A stretch of 64,000 bases of DNA. Source: Chlorokybus atmophyticus. Its lineage: Eukaryota; Plantae; Mesostigma and Chlorokybus algae. The translations under genes and the position numbers were made by a program. This document shows positions 1-13,420 of the stretch, piece after piece (positions within the stretch are counted from its first letter, which is position 1; every line of letters begins with the position of its first letter). The notes below the pieces were generated by a model. The model was given only the letters and a program-made list of their open reading frames with translations, made no database searches and was not told where the DNA came from. Location of the stretch: positions 1,865,186 to 1,929,185 of the forward strand of contig RHPI01002533.1 of the NCBI GenBank assembly GCA_009103225.1. The letters run 5' to 3'.

Positions 1-2
1 TA

Positions 3-224
3 CCCGCGCTCACGCCGAAGCCGGAGCAGCGTGGCTCTGGTGGAGGTGGCTTTCAGCGTCAAGGCAATAACAGTTATGGTGGTGGTGGTGGTGGTGGTGG
101 GAGGAGTAATATGGCGAGGGGGATGGGTGGGTTTAATAGGAATGGTGTGGAGAAGAGGAGTCTTGGGTTTGGAGGGAGCGGAGGCTTCTCGGGCCCACGC
201 AAGAACACGGTCACAACCTTTTAG
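3..224 (+). CDS. 3' end (last exon, partial) of an unidentified gene with a Gly-rich C-terminus
   Basis: The frame is open from the window edge: PALTPKPEQRGSGGGGFQRQGNNSYGGGGGGGGRSNMARGMGGFNRNGVEKRSLGFGGSGGFSGPRKNTVTTF, with TAG at 222-224. The product cannot be identified from this fragment. Confidence 0.5.
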   Translation, partial: PALTPKPEQRGSGGGGFQRQGNNSYGGGGGGGGRSNMARGMGGFNRNGVEKRSLGFGGSGGFSGPRKNTVTTF

Positions 225-549
225 ACATGTAGATACTGTTGGATTGTTGCTGTTAGTTCTAGATTTGTGTCGCTGTGGGCAGCATGCGCCATTTTGCGGC
301 TGCTCTAATATGGTGTAGATATTGCTTACTGACAAAACACACAGTATCCAGCTGAGTTGCAGTTGTGCTGTTGGTATGCTTTGATTGAAACAATATCTTC
401 AGCGTATTAAGTAATATTATCCACGTTGAATTGGGCTGCAAGCTTGTTGGCATGTGCAGTGGCCCCATTACAAGTCACGAGGGTCTGTCTGATCTCAGGT
501 TGCCTTGCCAACAAACAGAACTTATGCACACTAAATGTATGTTTTGCCA

Positions 550-760
550 TGCTACCCTGTACACCCTTCCTGTGTGACAGTGCATGCCATGCCATTACTA
601 CACAACATTGTTGTGGCCTTGACTTTGGCTCACTGAGCACACGCAAATTGCTCGTTCACATTGCTACCCTATACGCCCTTCCTGTGTAGCGTATATGCAA
701 TGCTATGCATGTGTGACAGTGCATACCATTGCTATACAACATTGTTGTGGCCTTGACTTT
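550..760. repeat. Imperfect local direct duplication
   Basis: tgtgtgacagtgcat...acaacattgttgtggccttgacttt occurs at about 571-626 and 710-760. tgctaccct.tac.cccttcctgtgt occurs at about 550 and 662. Confidence 0.7.
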
Positions 761-1598
761 TCTAGTAAGCAAGCATACCTATGTACACAAATTGGTGCTA
801 TTGCACCTATGCAGGTTGCGGTGAGACTCATTCACACATGCTAGTCATGCTCATGCAGCAACCACGCTCACATACGCATGTTGGTCTCATACACCAAACC
901 ACCAGGCAGCGCACTTAAAACTACTCACACTACCAACATTACTCCATCCCGTCAGTCATGCATAGCCGTGTATATAATGTCAGTAACCTGCAGCATGCGC
1001 GGGTAGCATTGTGCATGCGTGCAAGCATCTACGTACAACCGATGTACATAAATCCGCAAGACTATTCTACACATGCAATGGATGCATCACACACGTTGAA
1101 CATGTCCAGCAGCCAATCAGCTCACCATACAAGCATGGTGTGCATGTTTGACACCATGCTTGTATGCACGGACACTTGCATGGGCAGTCACATATCACAT
1201 TTACTGTACCCACCCACATACCCCAAGCAGACAGCAGCAACCACCAGGCAGCACTAGCTACTCTACTACCCAACTCACCAACTACCTGTGTACACTTACA
1301 CAAGCAAGCGGCATTACATTACAAACCCACATAAACACCAACCCCCACACAGAGAGGGGGGGGGGGGGGCTTGCCTTTCGTGTCGATTTAGAAAGCAAGT
1401 TCACATAAGATTACAAGAGAGTGCATATGCTGTGCGTGCAACGAATAGAAGGGCTGGCGCGAGCCCGGAGTATGTCGTGCTGTGCAATGCGGCACGCACG
1501 GTTGCACACATGCACTCACCCGGCATTCTTGGTAAACCATGTCCGCATACACAACAGCCCACACACATGGCATATACGAATATGCTGCATGCGCGTCA

Positions 1599-4500
1599 TC
1601 ACACGGTGTTGGGTCTCTGCGGCAGCAACAAGTTATAGAACGCATCTTTCACAAACACGTCTCCCGGCGCTCCATTAGGTTCAGTAAATCCTTTCTTCCA
1701 CGCGCACCAACCACCTGAGACGATGGACTTGATGTTCTCTGACCCCGTGTAGTGCGGGTCCAAGATCAAGAAAGCCACTTCGCCCGTGAGGGGATTGAAG
1801 TCCACGCCGAGGAGAGTGAAGGCCAACACGCCGCCGCCGATCATGATGGGGGTACCCTGCAAGGAGTAGGGGAAGAGTGGTTGCTGAATGGTATATGTGG
1901 TAAGGTTGCGGTTGGACTAATTTGTGGAGGGTGCTGGCTGCGGCGAGTACGTGCGAACATGTGCTTGCCTCTCCACACACGAGCATACACGCACACACGC
2001 GTGCGTGTATGCTCGCAGCAGGTATGAATGCACACTTGCTTGCTTGCTTCTACACACGTGCATATACACATATGCCCCACACACAGGCACACACACGCGC
2101 AGAAGAGATCACACAACAGTAACATCCCAACACTAACTCCCGCACCTGGGTTTCAAAATGTCTTGCGATCTCCCTGGCCCTGCTAGGGACCTCCGCGCCG
2201 GACGAGAAGGTGAGCAGCTTGCTGGACACGCCGATCAGCGTGTCGAGGACGTAACTCAGCTCGATCGCGCCGATCCACTGCCGGGAGTTGACGAAAGTGG
2301 AAGGCTTGTCCTCGATCCGCACCAACACCTCCTGTGGAGATACATATGACATGACAGTTGAGATAAGCACTGTGTGCACGTGTGCGGTTACTCTTAGTGC
2401 GCGCACATCCACGTACACAGACCCGCTTGCCCACAAGTGCACACGCGCACGCACACGCATGCTCGCACGTTTGTGTACATTGTGCAAGCATTTGTCTGCG
2501 GGTGTGTGCGTGCACATACCCGCACACAAACACACAAACAAACGCATGCAAACACACGCACCCATGCGCACGCACACACACGCATACGCACGCAGACACA
2601 TACACTGTTGCGTGCACACCCACACGCACGCACGCATGCACACGCACACCTACCTGTATTTCGCGATGAGAGGGAACGGGCACGTTGGTATAGTGCTGCA
2701 ATCTGAACCACGATATAATAGTCTGCAGCGATCGGTACGCGCATCCCCACCCGTTATCATCAAACCTGTCTTGCATGTAATGATAATAGTCATACGACCC
2801 ACTTATCAGATACTTTGTCCCGTTTGATACGAACGAGTTGCCCAAACTGTTGTGCACGTCGCGAAGCCGTTTCGATATCGATGTCGAGGGAGCAGCGGTC
2901 GATGCGATATCGGTGTCACCGAAAGATATCGCCGATGCGGGGCGGACAAGAGGCCTGTCTAGAGGCAAACCCAACCGCTGGTGGATGCGATATCGGAGCT
3001 GGGAGTTCTTTTCGTCGTCTTGGCTGTATATTAATGATATGGCATGCTCCAAGTCAGGAGGCTGGAAGTGATATGCCTTTGGCGTCGATATTGATGAGCC
3101 GGATGATGGGGAAGACCCGACTGATGTCGCTTGCGCGAGCGATATCGCTTGTGCAACCAAAGTGCTTTGAATTTGCTTTAAAGCGTGCGGGAGGGTGAGC
3201 GTGTTGTGGGCGTACACTAACACGTCGAGGTGCATCGCCATGTGTGTGAAGGTTGTCTCCTTGTCTGCGCAGGGTTGAAATGACAGCAAAGGTGCGGCAG
3301 GCTTCAACCCGTTGACTTGTCGGGTAGAGTGTGTCCGCCGAACCAAAAGTGTCGCGGTTGCAACTTTGGGCAACTGTCACAATGCCACAACAATATCGCA
3401 TGTCACAACAGCGAACACGTTTCCTCTGCGTACACACAACGGCACGGACTGCGTAGAGCTACGCATGTACATGCATAACCACTGCATGTGTGCATTTGCG
3501 CGAGCGTGTGTGCGCACATGCGCGCGCTCACACGCACAACTCACCTGAGGGTGACCCGGCACTTGTTGTCTTTTCAACCGCGCAAACATCGTCTTTTCAA
3601 CAACAGAAGCATCAGCAGCTACCTTCTCTTCTCCTTCTCTATACGGCCGAACCAGCGTGACGATACCAACAGTTGTTGCTTCACCACTACTGTTGGTACT
3701 GCTGTTGCCTTTCCTCTGCTGCTTCATCATCAACTCCACTGCGAAGGCCGCATCCGCACTCTCAAACACCTCTCTGGCAACGTTGCGCGCGGAAGAGAGG
3801 AGTGACGCCTGTTGTTGTTGTGGTGGATGTTGTGGTGTGGCAGTGGTGTTGCAGTAAGAAGGCACTGAGGCGGTCAGCGTGCAGCGGACGAGTGTGGTGT
3901 TCTGCTGAAGCCATTGCGTTGGGGTGTCCTCGCTGAACCGCACCTGAACACACGCATGCATGAACAACTCAAGAACACACGCACGCGCATGCCACCCAAC
4001 AACTCCCCTTCCCTCACACCTGCCCTTCTCCCCTGACAACCCTCACGCTGTCCTCCCCGCCCGCATCCACAACCACACCGAGCGGCACGAGCACTTGCGC
4101 TTTGGTTGTTGTTGGGTCTGATGGTGCTTCTGTGGCTGTGTGGGTGAGTGCGACGGCGGCTGCGAGGTCGAGGCCGTGGGGGAGGAGGGCGCGAAGGAAA
4201 GCTGGGTGTGCAGAAGGGAGTGTGAGGAAGGATGAGTAGGGGATGAGAGAGTAGCGAAGCAGAGACACAAACAAAACAAGCAATAAACTTGCAAGCATGC
4301 ATGCTTGCTTGCAAGCCTTGCACGCAAGCAAGCACGCAAGTAAGCAAATGCTCAGCAAGCGAGCAAGTAAGCAACCATTACATGCAATCAAGCAAGCAGA
4401 TGAACCAACAAGTGAGCAACTAAGCAGCCAAGCAAGCAGACAACTAAACAAACACACAAACAACGATCTGCCATGCACACCAACAAATCCGTAAGCAAAC

Positions 4501-4710
4501 AAATGTTGACTGACCCAAATCATGGGCGCCATCCTCTTCCTCCCTTCGCACAACCCCCACCACATGCGTCTCCCTGTCCTTCTGCTCCTCCCCGACGACG
4601 ACGCTCATCCCCACCAGCCACCCCCTGCCTCCCCCATCACCACCCCCAGATAGCACCCGCCTCACCCTATCCACCACACCAGCATGAACGACGAGCACCA
4701 CCCCAGCCAT
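1599..4710 (-). CDS. UFSP2: Ufm1-specific protease (UFSP2-like, peptidase C78), about 6 exons
   Basis: [27 protein letters not shown] contains the catalytic Cys. Also seen: GSRQWIG-like [30 protein letters not shown] and the ILDPHY Asp-Pro-His box. Exons are about 4710-4515, 4201-4022, 3946-3547, 3373-2651, 2333-2144 and 1860-1599. The 5' exons are less certain. Confidence 0.93.
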
Positions 4711-4853
4711 ACCCCGCCGCCGCCGCCTACGCCCAATGTGAGGATGCCTCTGTTTATGCCTCTGTTGTGCTCTTTGTCCTCATGCCTATGCTCATGCTTG
4801 TCCTCGTGCTTATGCTCGTGCTAATGCTCATGCTTGGGCTTGTTGTCGTCAGC
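4711..4853. promoter_or_regulatory. Very short head-to-head intergenic region (probable bidirectional promoter and UTRs) with a degenerate hexamer array
   Basis: About 143 bp separate the UFSP2 ATG (4710, -) from the CDC123 ATG (4854, +). Tandem (a/g)tgct(c/t)-like units run from about 4780 to 4835. Confidence 0.5.
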
Positions 4854-4863
4854 ATGCCTGGGA

Positions 4864-4896
<33 letters not shown>

Positions 4897-7026
4897 CAGG
4901 GGAGGTGGTAGAGGTGGGGTTGGATGCGGAGGCGTTGGCGGCGTGCTCCTTCCCGTCGTGGTACGGGAGGTTGGCGGCGGGGGCGGGGGCGGGGGCGGGG
5001 GCGGGGGTGAGCATCACGGCGAGGGTCGAGGTGCTCGAGCTGCCTGGGGAGTTTTTGGAGTGGCTGAGGGAGGAGGGAGCGCTGGTCGTACCAAAGAACA
5101 CAGACGCGGTAAGAAGAAGAAGAGAATAGGCAACACAGGAGTGAGCGACACATACAACTAGAGAAAGAAACCAACCAAGCAAGCAAGCAAATTTTAGTAG
5201 ATGTGTGTGAGAACCGAGTGACCCATACGCAACAAAGAAGTTTGTAAACAACCGAACGCCCATTGCACATGCATTAGAGTATACTTGCATGTGAGCATGT
5301 AGTTCTTGAAGTGAGATAAGTAAAGTAAACAGAACTTCATCCTCGCATTGCATGCAAGCTTACATATACGACCAGTGAATTCTTGTTGTTGGTCGTTTGC
5401 ATCACCTCTCTTCTCAGACGATGGAACACACAATGACTCAAGACAAGAAACCTGTTTGTGTTGTTGTTGCAGCTGCCGCGTCTGAGCAAAGAGGAGGACT
5501 TTGCCGAACAGGACTATGAACGATGGCCGGAAGAGGACGAGGATGGCGCTGAGGTGCAGTAGGAACACAGTAAACAGTAGTACATGCATATATGTACACA
5601 CTTGCATGGGCTCACTCGCATGCATGCATGCGCGCACGCCCTGCACGCACACGCACACGCACACTCATGCATGTTACGCAAGCTGTGTCACGCAGAGAAA
5701 CACTTGTCCATGCTGGTACTCTGGTTCATCTTAGGTGAGGACTTTTCCGGAGTGGGAAGCGACAGTGAATGCGGCAATTGCGAGGCTGGGGGGCGCGGTG
5801 GCGCCAAAGCTGAACTGGAGCAGCCCAAAGGTTGGTGTCTATCGTTGTGGTACAGTTATACAGCACACACTAATGTCCATATATACAGAATGATGTAGCA
5901 CCCAACCACTCTCACACATACGTGCGCTTGCACATTTTCATACACACGCCAACTTGGTCGTACAAGGTGCTCTCGCACATACGCAGGCATGTACACGTGC
6001 GCACCCACACGCATGCATGTGTGAGACTTTGAATTGTGTATGTTGTGTGCCTGTTGCAGGACGCGATGTGGCTTAGTGAGAGCGGGGACAGCACGCGCTG
6101 CACGAGTGCCGCGCAGGTGTTTCTACTGCTCAAGGCATCCAACAACGTCGCACACGACCTCGCGCAACAGCCGCTGTACGCAGATGTGTGTCTCTGTTCG
6201 CGCTCTTGTGCGTATGCGTGGGTGTGTTTTTGTGACTCTCGCACTCACAATGCACATGCTTGCGTGCTGCGCTTCTTGTCTTATGCAATAAACAGTGCAG
6301 GACCCCATCATCGATTATCAGATGACACGAATGGGTTCGTGCTCGTGCTGCGTGAATGGAAGCCAATCAAACACGAGCTCGAGTTTCGATGCTTTGTTGC
6401 AAGAGGGATGCTTGTTGGTAAGAGAGTGCATTGCGTGTTGGTATCTCGGGTCAAGTTTGCATCGCCTCATGCATGTGTATATGTTGTGCAGGTATCTCTC
6501 AAAGAGACATCAACACGCATTATGCTTTTCTTCAGCAAGACAGCAAGCTATTGAAGGCTAACATGACTGCCTTTTATGAAAGCCACATTGCGGGCAGATT
6601 CCAACTCGAAAGCTGTAAGTCACACGCACACACATGCGCGTCATCACACACAAAAACCAACACGCGGATGTTGTCATGCTGTTATGTTGTTGTGCAGACA
6701 CTTTTGACGTGTACTTGACGAGCACCCACCGTGTGAGGCTTGTGGACTTCAACCCATTTGGCGGCACGACAAACCCACTATTGTTCTCATGGGAGGAGCT
6801 TCAAGCCATCCGGCATGACATCGATGAGATTGATGAGGATGGCGATGATGACGATGATGATGTTGTTGAGCTCAGGCTTGTTGATGAAGACGGGGGCGGC
6901 ATCAGCCGCATGGGCAGCAGGATGGCTTATGGTGTACCTATTGACCTGGTTGATAATACAGAAGGCAGCGCCATTGACGAGTTGATCAAACGCGTGTCGA
7001 GCGCAGATTTGGCGGATGAGACTTGA
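4854..7026 (+). CDS. CDC123: Cell division cycle protein 123 (D123 family, eIF2 assembly factor), about 7 exons
   Basis: Motifs seen: ACSFPSWY...LELPGEFLEWLREEG (exon 1), GGAVAPKLNWSSPK|DAMW, VFLLLKASNNVAHDL, LVLREWKPIKHELEFRCFV, GISQRD and LVDFNPFGGTTNPLLFSWEEL. GT-AG junctions keep the frame. Confidence 0.92.
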
Positions 7027-8189
7027 GCGTATTGTTGTTGTGTGGGCGGCGTAGTTTAGGGATAGTGTGTGTGCAGGAGTGACTCCTGCCTTGTGCAAAT
7101 TGCATGTGGGTGGGCGTGAAAGGGTTTGATTGCGGTGTTGCATTTGGCTTGCTGTTTGATTTCCATGTGGTTGAGCAGTACACATCAAGGCCTTGCTGGT
7201 TTCATTGGTTGTCTCAGTTTCAGCAGCGTGTGATGTGTGGAGGCACCGGGCTTGGAGCCAAGTTAACAATTACATGGAGGTGCAAGTGGTAAACAGCTGT
7301 AGTAAAAGTGTATGGTATGCTTGCACTGGCCAAGACCTTGGTCGTGGTGAATGGATGTTGTACATTACACGCATATGAGCATAAGAGCATTGGTAGCGTA
7401 CTACTGAGCTGTGCGCAGCATTTGGTGGATTTGGGGGGCGAATGGTTGCACACAACTTTGCTGTGGTTTTCAACATGCAAAGTGCAGGCACTTCAATTTA
7501 CAGCTGCAAATAACATGCGGGCACTTTGCAGAGCTGGTTTCAAAGTGTACACAAGTCTGAAGGAATGCAGCATGCGCTGAATGCTTTGCAAACATTCATC
7601 ATGTTGCCAAGCGTGACATGCACACTAACAACATCCCGTGTGCGCAGGAAAATGTGTGCATGCATGTCTACGGGGTTAAGGCCGGTAGTGAAGGTAGGTA
7701 GGTGGCTGTAGGTGGCTGGCCAAGCTACTGAACTATTTATTCTTATTAACATACATGGTCAGAGCAACAACCATGCGTGATATGGATCCAATCACGTCAC
7801 TTACTATTACCACACAAACGATCTGCTGATAGTTAGGCAGCACCATTAGAGTCGAGACTTGCAGCAGCTCATGTACATAAGAAAGGGCATGTTTAGCAAG
7901 TTGACAAAATAAGGTACGTTCGCATGAGATGCTACGGTTGACATGAACACATGCAGGCACTGACTCACTGAGCGGTACCAATGTATACATATGTTAACAT
8001 ATGTATATGCACTCATGCGTGTGAATTTATGTGACCCACAATCTTACAATCCTCGTGTGTCGCAGGCATTTGCAAGCGCGCGCAAACCCTAAAAGGTTGG
8101 ATTTTGTAGTACACAAGAATTGCCGGCCACAGTCACCGCAGCCGATTGCTCTAAGATACAAAAGCATCATTTGTAATTCCTCCACTCAT

Positions 8190-9260
8190 AGCGCAAAGTC
8201 TTCGCGTAGCCTACTGTCAACACGTGCCATAACAAGTGTAGGTTGATGCGAACATACATCAGGTTTTCACCACGTGCATGGAGCAACTTGTGCGTACCTC
8301 ACCGTGCCACACCTGGGGTACACTGATACTTGGAATACCTTGGGATTTCGCTTGCACGGCAATGTAAATGAGACTTTAGCAACAATACGAAAGCCACTGT
8401 CTGCAACGGAGGCATCATGCAGTGCACCGCCAAACTCAAGCCACCGCGCATGATCAACCGTTATAGATGAAACGCAATTGATGACAAGTGGTCTTTAAAG
8501 AAGAACCTATCACAATGTTAATAGGCCGCACACTGTTGCACAACAACCGGCTTATCCGCCATGGTTTGTAGCAACATCTCGATCACATTGTGAAAACCTT
8601 ACATGACTTCACTGTTGTTAAACTGCCTTAAGTATTTCAATCCAAACTATAAAACGGATCAAGCGGAGATCAATATGCAACACTGCCTCTCACTCGCCAC
8701 AAGACGCAGCCTTCTTTAGCTAAGGCATTGCTCAACCCCATGTTAATAATGTGTGCACCTCAAACTTGTAGTCATGGACCTAATTCGGGTTTATAATCAG
8801 CGACCAGCCGCATCAGCTGATGATTGGGTTGGCTTAGTATATTGATCATGCCAATCGCCTTTTACAATGACATCATCAGCACATGGATCGCACTTCATCC
8901 GCGGCTTGTAAATGCATTTTCAACCTCCACCACCAAGCATTCCATTCGCGGTCGATAACCGCAGCCTCAAACGCATCCTTCATTTTCGCAAGACGCTCAA
9001 TTATTAAGTAAGTAATTGGTGCCGGGCCTTATGTCACCTAGCTTCAGCAAGTCAGAATGCTTTACCCGAATCGCATCACTAAATACGATTGGTTACGAGT
9101 GATGAACTTTAAGCTTGGTTTGGTCTGCTCTGAACTATGGTTGAAACAATCTATGATAAGCCGTTAAAATCCTTCATTACAAAATCAAGCCGTGTGAATA
9201 GTGCCCACGTGGTATATGAGTACTTCTTACTGCCGTGCTCTCTAGCAGCAGGGCACGAAA
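8190..9260 (-). mobile_element. Degenerate hAT-superfamily (DUF659-type) transposase remnant
   Basis: Minus-strand pieces fall in hAT order, broken by stops and frameshifts: KYSYTTW..LDFVMKD, KFITRNQS, LLKLGDIRPGTNYLLIIERLAKMKDAFEAAVIDREW, ILSQPNHQLMRLVADYKP, PPLQTVA and HARGENLMYVRINLHLL. No TIRs were found. Confidence 0.7.
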
Positions 9261-10159
9261 GCGGGCTTTCAATGCAGACTTGTAGCTTACAAACAGCAAG
9301 GCACTTACACATTTACATACACACTTAGACACAAGGCTTACACGGATGACGGTCTGATGTGTTGACTAATTGTACCGTGCAGCTATGAGCACACACCCAC
9401 AACAGATTGTCACAAAAAGTGTGGAGCGGTATGTGGTGTGGTTAAAGGCTACATGGGCTTGTCATAAAGGCACGAAAGACGCCCTTCATCGCAACGCAAC
9501 TTGCGCAAGTTGTGTTGCAACATGCGTTTCACAAAAGAAATTCCACTTACTAACAGTTCCGCCCTACTTATTGATTATGGTTGTATAAGCAGTGGCCCAT
9601 TGTTGTGTTTGATCTGAGACTGAGATTCTTAGTAGATTGCAGCACACCAACATCAACCATGCACTCACCATAACCGTGTTTATACATGACCTACGGCTCA
9701 CTTCACTACGAACTCGACGATCACTGCCACTACCAGTAACCATAACACTAACCACTAACCGCGATAATATGAGACATACTTCAGCACCAGACGTGAACGT
9801 GTCCACCCATGCACTGAGCATGATCTGCTGCCCCGTTGTACAACTCAGAACATGAGCAATGCGCAGAAAGGAGTGGCAACAGCAAGGAAATGTCCACACG
9901 CATGTGCACCCATATTCTGCACTTTATGTACATGTCAACCCCGCAATGCCAGTGATTGAACCAGTAGGAAATGCCGTCTGGTGAACAGAACCGCATCATA
10001 CCCTCAAGCGAGCATTACAACAAAATCTGCGTGCGGTGAATAACTACATTGTGGAAGTGCAACTAAGCTACGCTCTGTGTGCTCTCAATGGTGAAATGGG
10101 TGTCTACAAATGGCAGCTACACTTCCCGCCTCACAAAGCTTGCTCACACTGGCGCAGTG

Positions 10160-11630
10160 TCATGATGAGTCGGCAGCCACACATACACGCTTTGTGGCCT
10201 GTTCATCGCCCTCGCTGTGCTCATCAGCCACAGCAGCCTCCACAGCAGCCACCGCCACGCTCGTAGCTGCGGATGAGAATTGAGCAGGTCTCAGTTCTTG
10301 CAGTGTTCGCAGCGCAGACAAGCTGCTCTTCAAGATGCAGCTCTCATCAGTCATAGAAGCCGGTAGGGAGACTAGATCAAATTGCTCCTTTGCTGGGACC
10401 ACTTCAGTATGTGCTGCTGCTGCTCAGTGCACCAAACGACAGAGGTTGGTCATCATGATTGAAGGCAAGAACCAGCCGGCAACAGCAACATGTACTGACC
10501 TGATGTGAGGTTCAACACTTGTTGGAAGGATGCTTCTGCCTTGCGCACTAATCTTGTGAGGATTTCAGTAGTGTAGAATGGCTGCAATGCACTCAGTGAG
10601 TGACACTTGGTATGCAAAGCAACTTGCAATTGCTGAAGCCAGCAGATGTACAAACCTGTTTTAAAACATTCGCCAGGTAAGGTGACCGCAGCAATAGGCC
10701 TGTTCTCTTGTCATGCTTTTTCAGAATCTTTACAAGACCAGTGTAGTTGAGAAGGCTGTAGTTTTCCAACAGCACCTGCGCAGTGCATCACTGAGTCTGC
10801 TGAATTCAATGGCTGGCTTGCTGTGCAGTGACAGCAATGCATGAGAGACTCACCATTTCTCCATGGAACTCTACATATGACTTTCTCAGACCATTGACTT
10901 CTCGGTCATCCAGCTCACAGTCTTCCCGTAGATCACTTTGCTACAATACAGCAAATATCAATGACTGCGACATCATATGCTAAGCCAACAACACATAATT
11001 GAATGTCGTCTTGCTTGGAACTCAGGGGCTCACCAGCTTGGCCAAGTGGTCGTCCAGCTGCTTGAGGTGAATGACAAACTCCTCCTCCTTGTCCATGAAG
11101 AACTGGTTAAACTTTTCAAGCTCGTCATTAAGCATACGCACGAATGCCTTCTCATCCTCGGTAAGTGAGGAGGCACCAATGCTTCTGGGATGATGATAAA
11201 TTGCGCCATTGGGAACGGCAGAGCCATTCATGCGGTCACACGGCATGTCTATGGAGCCATTGGTGGAACCTGGAAGCACTGAGTTGAGAAAGCCCCCTCT
11301 AGCTTAAACCACAATGCGTTGGAAGAGCTACAGCCGTCACAGAGCACTGCACCGGGAGCATGTAGCATAACTGCAGCTGGACAAGCATAGCTGAGAACGT
11401 GGCCTTGCTACTGTCCCTGTGAAGAGTCAAGGCACGCAGCTGATGTCCAACCACGTAACTCAGCAATGAGGTATACAGCCATTGATTGTTATACCTGCGG
11501 GCGACTCTGCCGGGCCATTTTGCGACAGCTTCTTCAACGACTTCTTGAGTTCCTTGTAGCACAAAAAGTTGCTGCGCCACTCCGGCAACGCATCCTCAAT
11601 GCTGTCCCGCAGCCGCTTGCCGAACTTCAT
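10160..11630 (-). CDS. SPX: SPX-domain-only phosphate-signalling protein (SPX1-4 type), about 6 exons
   Basis: Motifs seen: [63 protein letters not shown]|[26 protein letters not shown] and PFYTTE. No EXS, MFS or RING domain follows. Confidence 0.93.
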
Positions 11631-11973
11631 AGCTGCCAGAGCCCAAACTCCTCCCGCTCCTACACCAAATCAAGCACAAGCAAGCCCTGCAGCGCCCTTG
11701 CAGCTACACTCCAGCCAGACCCTCCGCCTGGCGAGGTGAGGGGAATCTCAGGGTGAACTCCGCCTCCGCGCAACCAAAACCCACACCACCCCGCAAGACA
11801 CAACGCCAAACCGAGCCTCGTATCGGCAAGAACAGTTTCTACTCGGCCCGCTTACACCGGCGACGGCGAAAAAGACGACCCGGCGACGACTACAACGATG
11901 ACACCGCCGACGGCGACAACCACCGCCAAAACCCTAGCTAGGGAGCGAAAACGGACCCTTGAGCTCATGAGCG

Positions 11974-11981
11974 GAATATAC
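11974..11981. promoter_or_regulatory. Candidate P1BS (GNATATNC) PHR1/PSR1-type binding site upstream of SPX
   Basis: GAATATAC lies about 345 bp upstream of the SPX ATG. It is a single short motif and could be a chance match. Confidence 0.35.
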
Positions 11982-13126
11982 CACGCACCTCTGCAATTAT
12001 CAGCAGGGCAGCGGCGCAGTCGCGACTCTGATACCGGCAAGACCTCTTCGGACAGTCAACGGGACCCAAGACAAACCTCATTTTAGGACTTTGCCGGATT
12101 TGTCACATCCCTCAAAACCAACACAAGATTCGTTGTAGGATACCGGCTGGCTTCTAGCAATACCCGGAAAACCTGAAATGCGAGACACAGTGTCTTTGTA
12201 AGCCCGTTCCCTGCCAGGACCCTGGTTCCTCATACGGGCTTTTGTTATAGGCGGGTTCTGTCGGCTGCCGCAGGATGCGGCCGCTCGAGACCCGAAGAGG
12301 CTTTCGGTGGCAAAACGCATCTGAACGGTCATGTATGCCTTAATTCAATGCAAAGCAGCAGGTATTGGGTGTTATAGACGGGCTCATGGAATCAGAGCCT
12401 CGGTTAAATGCTGCCTAATGCCCGGCCATGTACGACCTTGCGGGTTGGCGTTTTGCGCGAGATTCTCGTTCCCCGTCGCGGCGGACGGTTTCAGGAATCC
12501 TGCGCTGTTCGTCCCCTGCCCTGTCCGGCGACGCCGCACCCTGGTACACTGTGGCAGAGGCCTTGGCGACCTGTTCAGAGATACTGTCCCTAACACCAGC
12601 ACGGATTGATTGGTTTTTTGGCAGAATGGAAACAGATTGACCGTACTATATGCAGTTCGGTGAGATGCTGGATCACCGGACTGCAAATCCTCTATCTTCT
12701 GCACTGTCAGAAGCGCGTGCTACTGCGTCAGCAAGCGAGCACTGGTCGTGATCGTACAGAGAAGCGGCCGGTAAGACCGTGCTGTCATGATGGCAACGTC
12801 GTGTCAGCGCCGCTCAGCGGTGAGTCAGGTTAGGAGCACTGGGCTCTATGGATCTGGTCAGTCATGACGTCGAACGAAGCGAAGGTTAAGGCCCAATTCC
12901 GCTGCGTTCAGTATGCCCAGGTGTGTAACTAGTACCTAAGGCGCAGTGCGCGTCTTGAGCGAGGAAGGTTTAACCTGTACTACACGTTGCGCAATGACAG
13001 TCAGACCAACGGCGTAGCCTACTGTGAAGCTGTACGATCTGTATGTACACATGAAAGCGCTTCGAGCAGTTCGAAAAGCTACTGAATGGACACCCCCTAC
13101 CTACTACAACATCCTCAGTAAAATAC

Positions 13127-13420
<294 letters not shown>

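Noticed and set aside
4754-5353. Minus-strand Ser/Thr/Ala-rich ORF
   Set aside because: It is antisense to CDC123 exon 1, which carries the conserved CSFPSWY motif.
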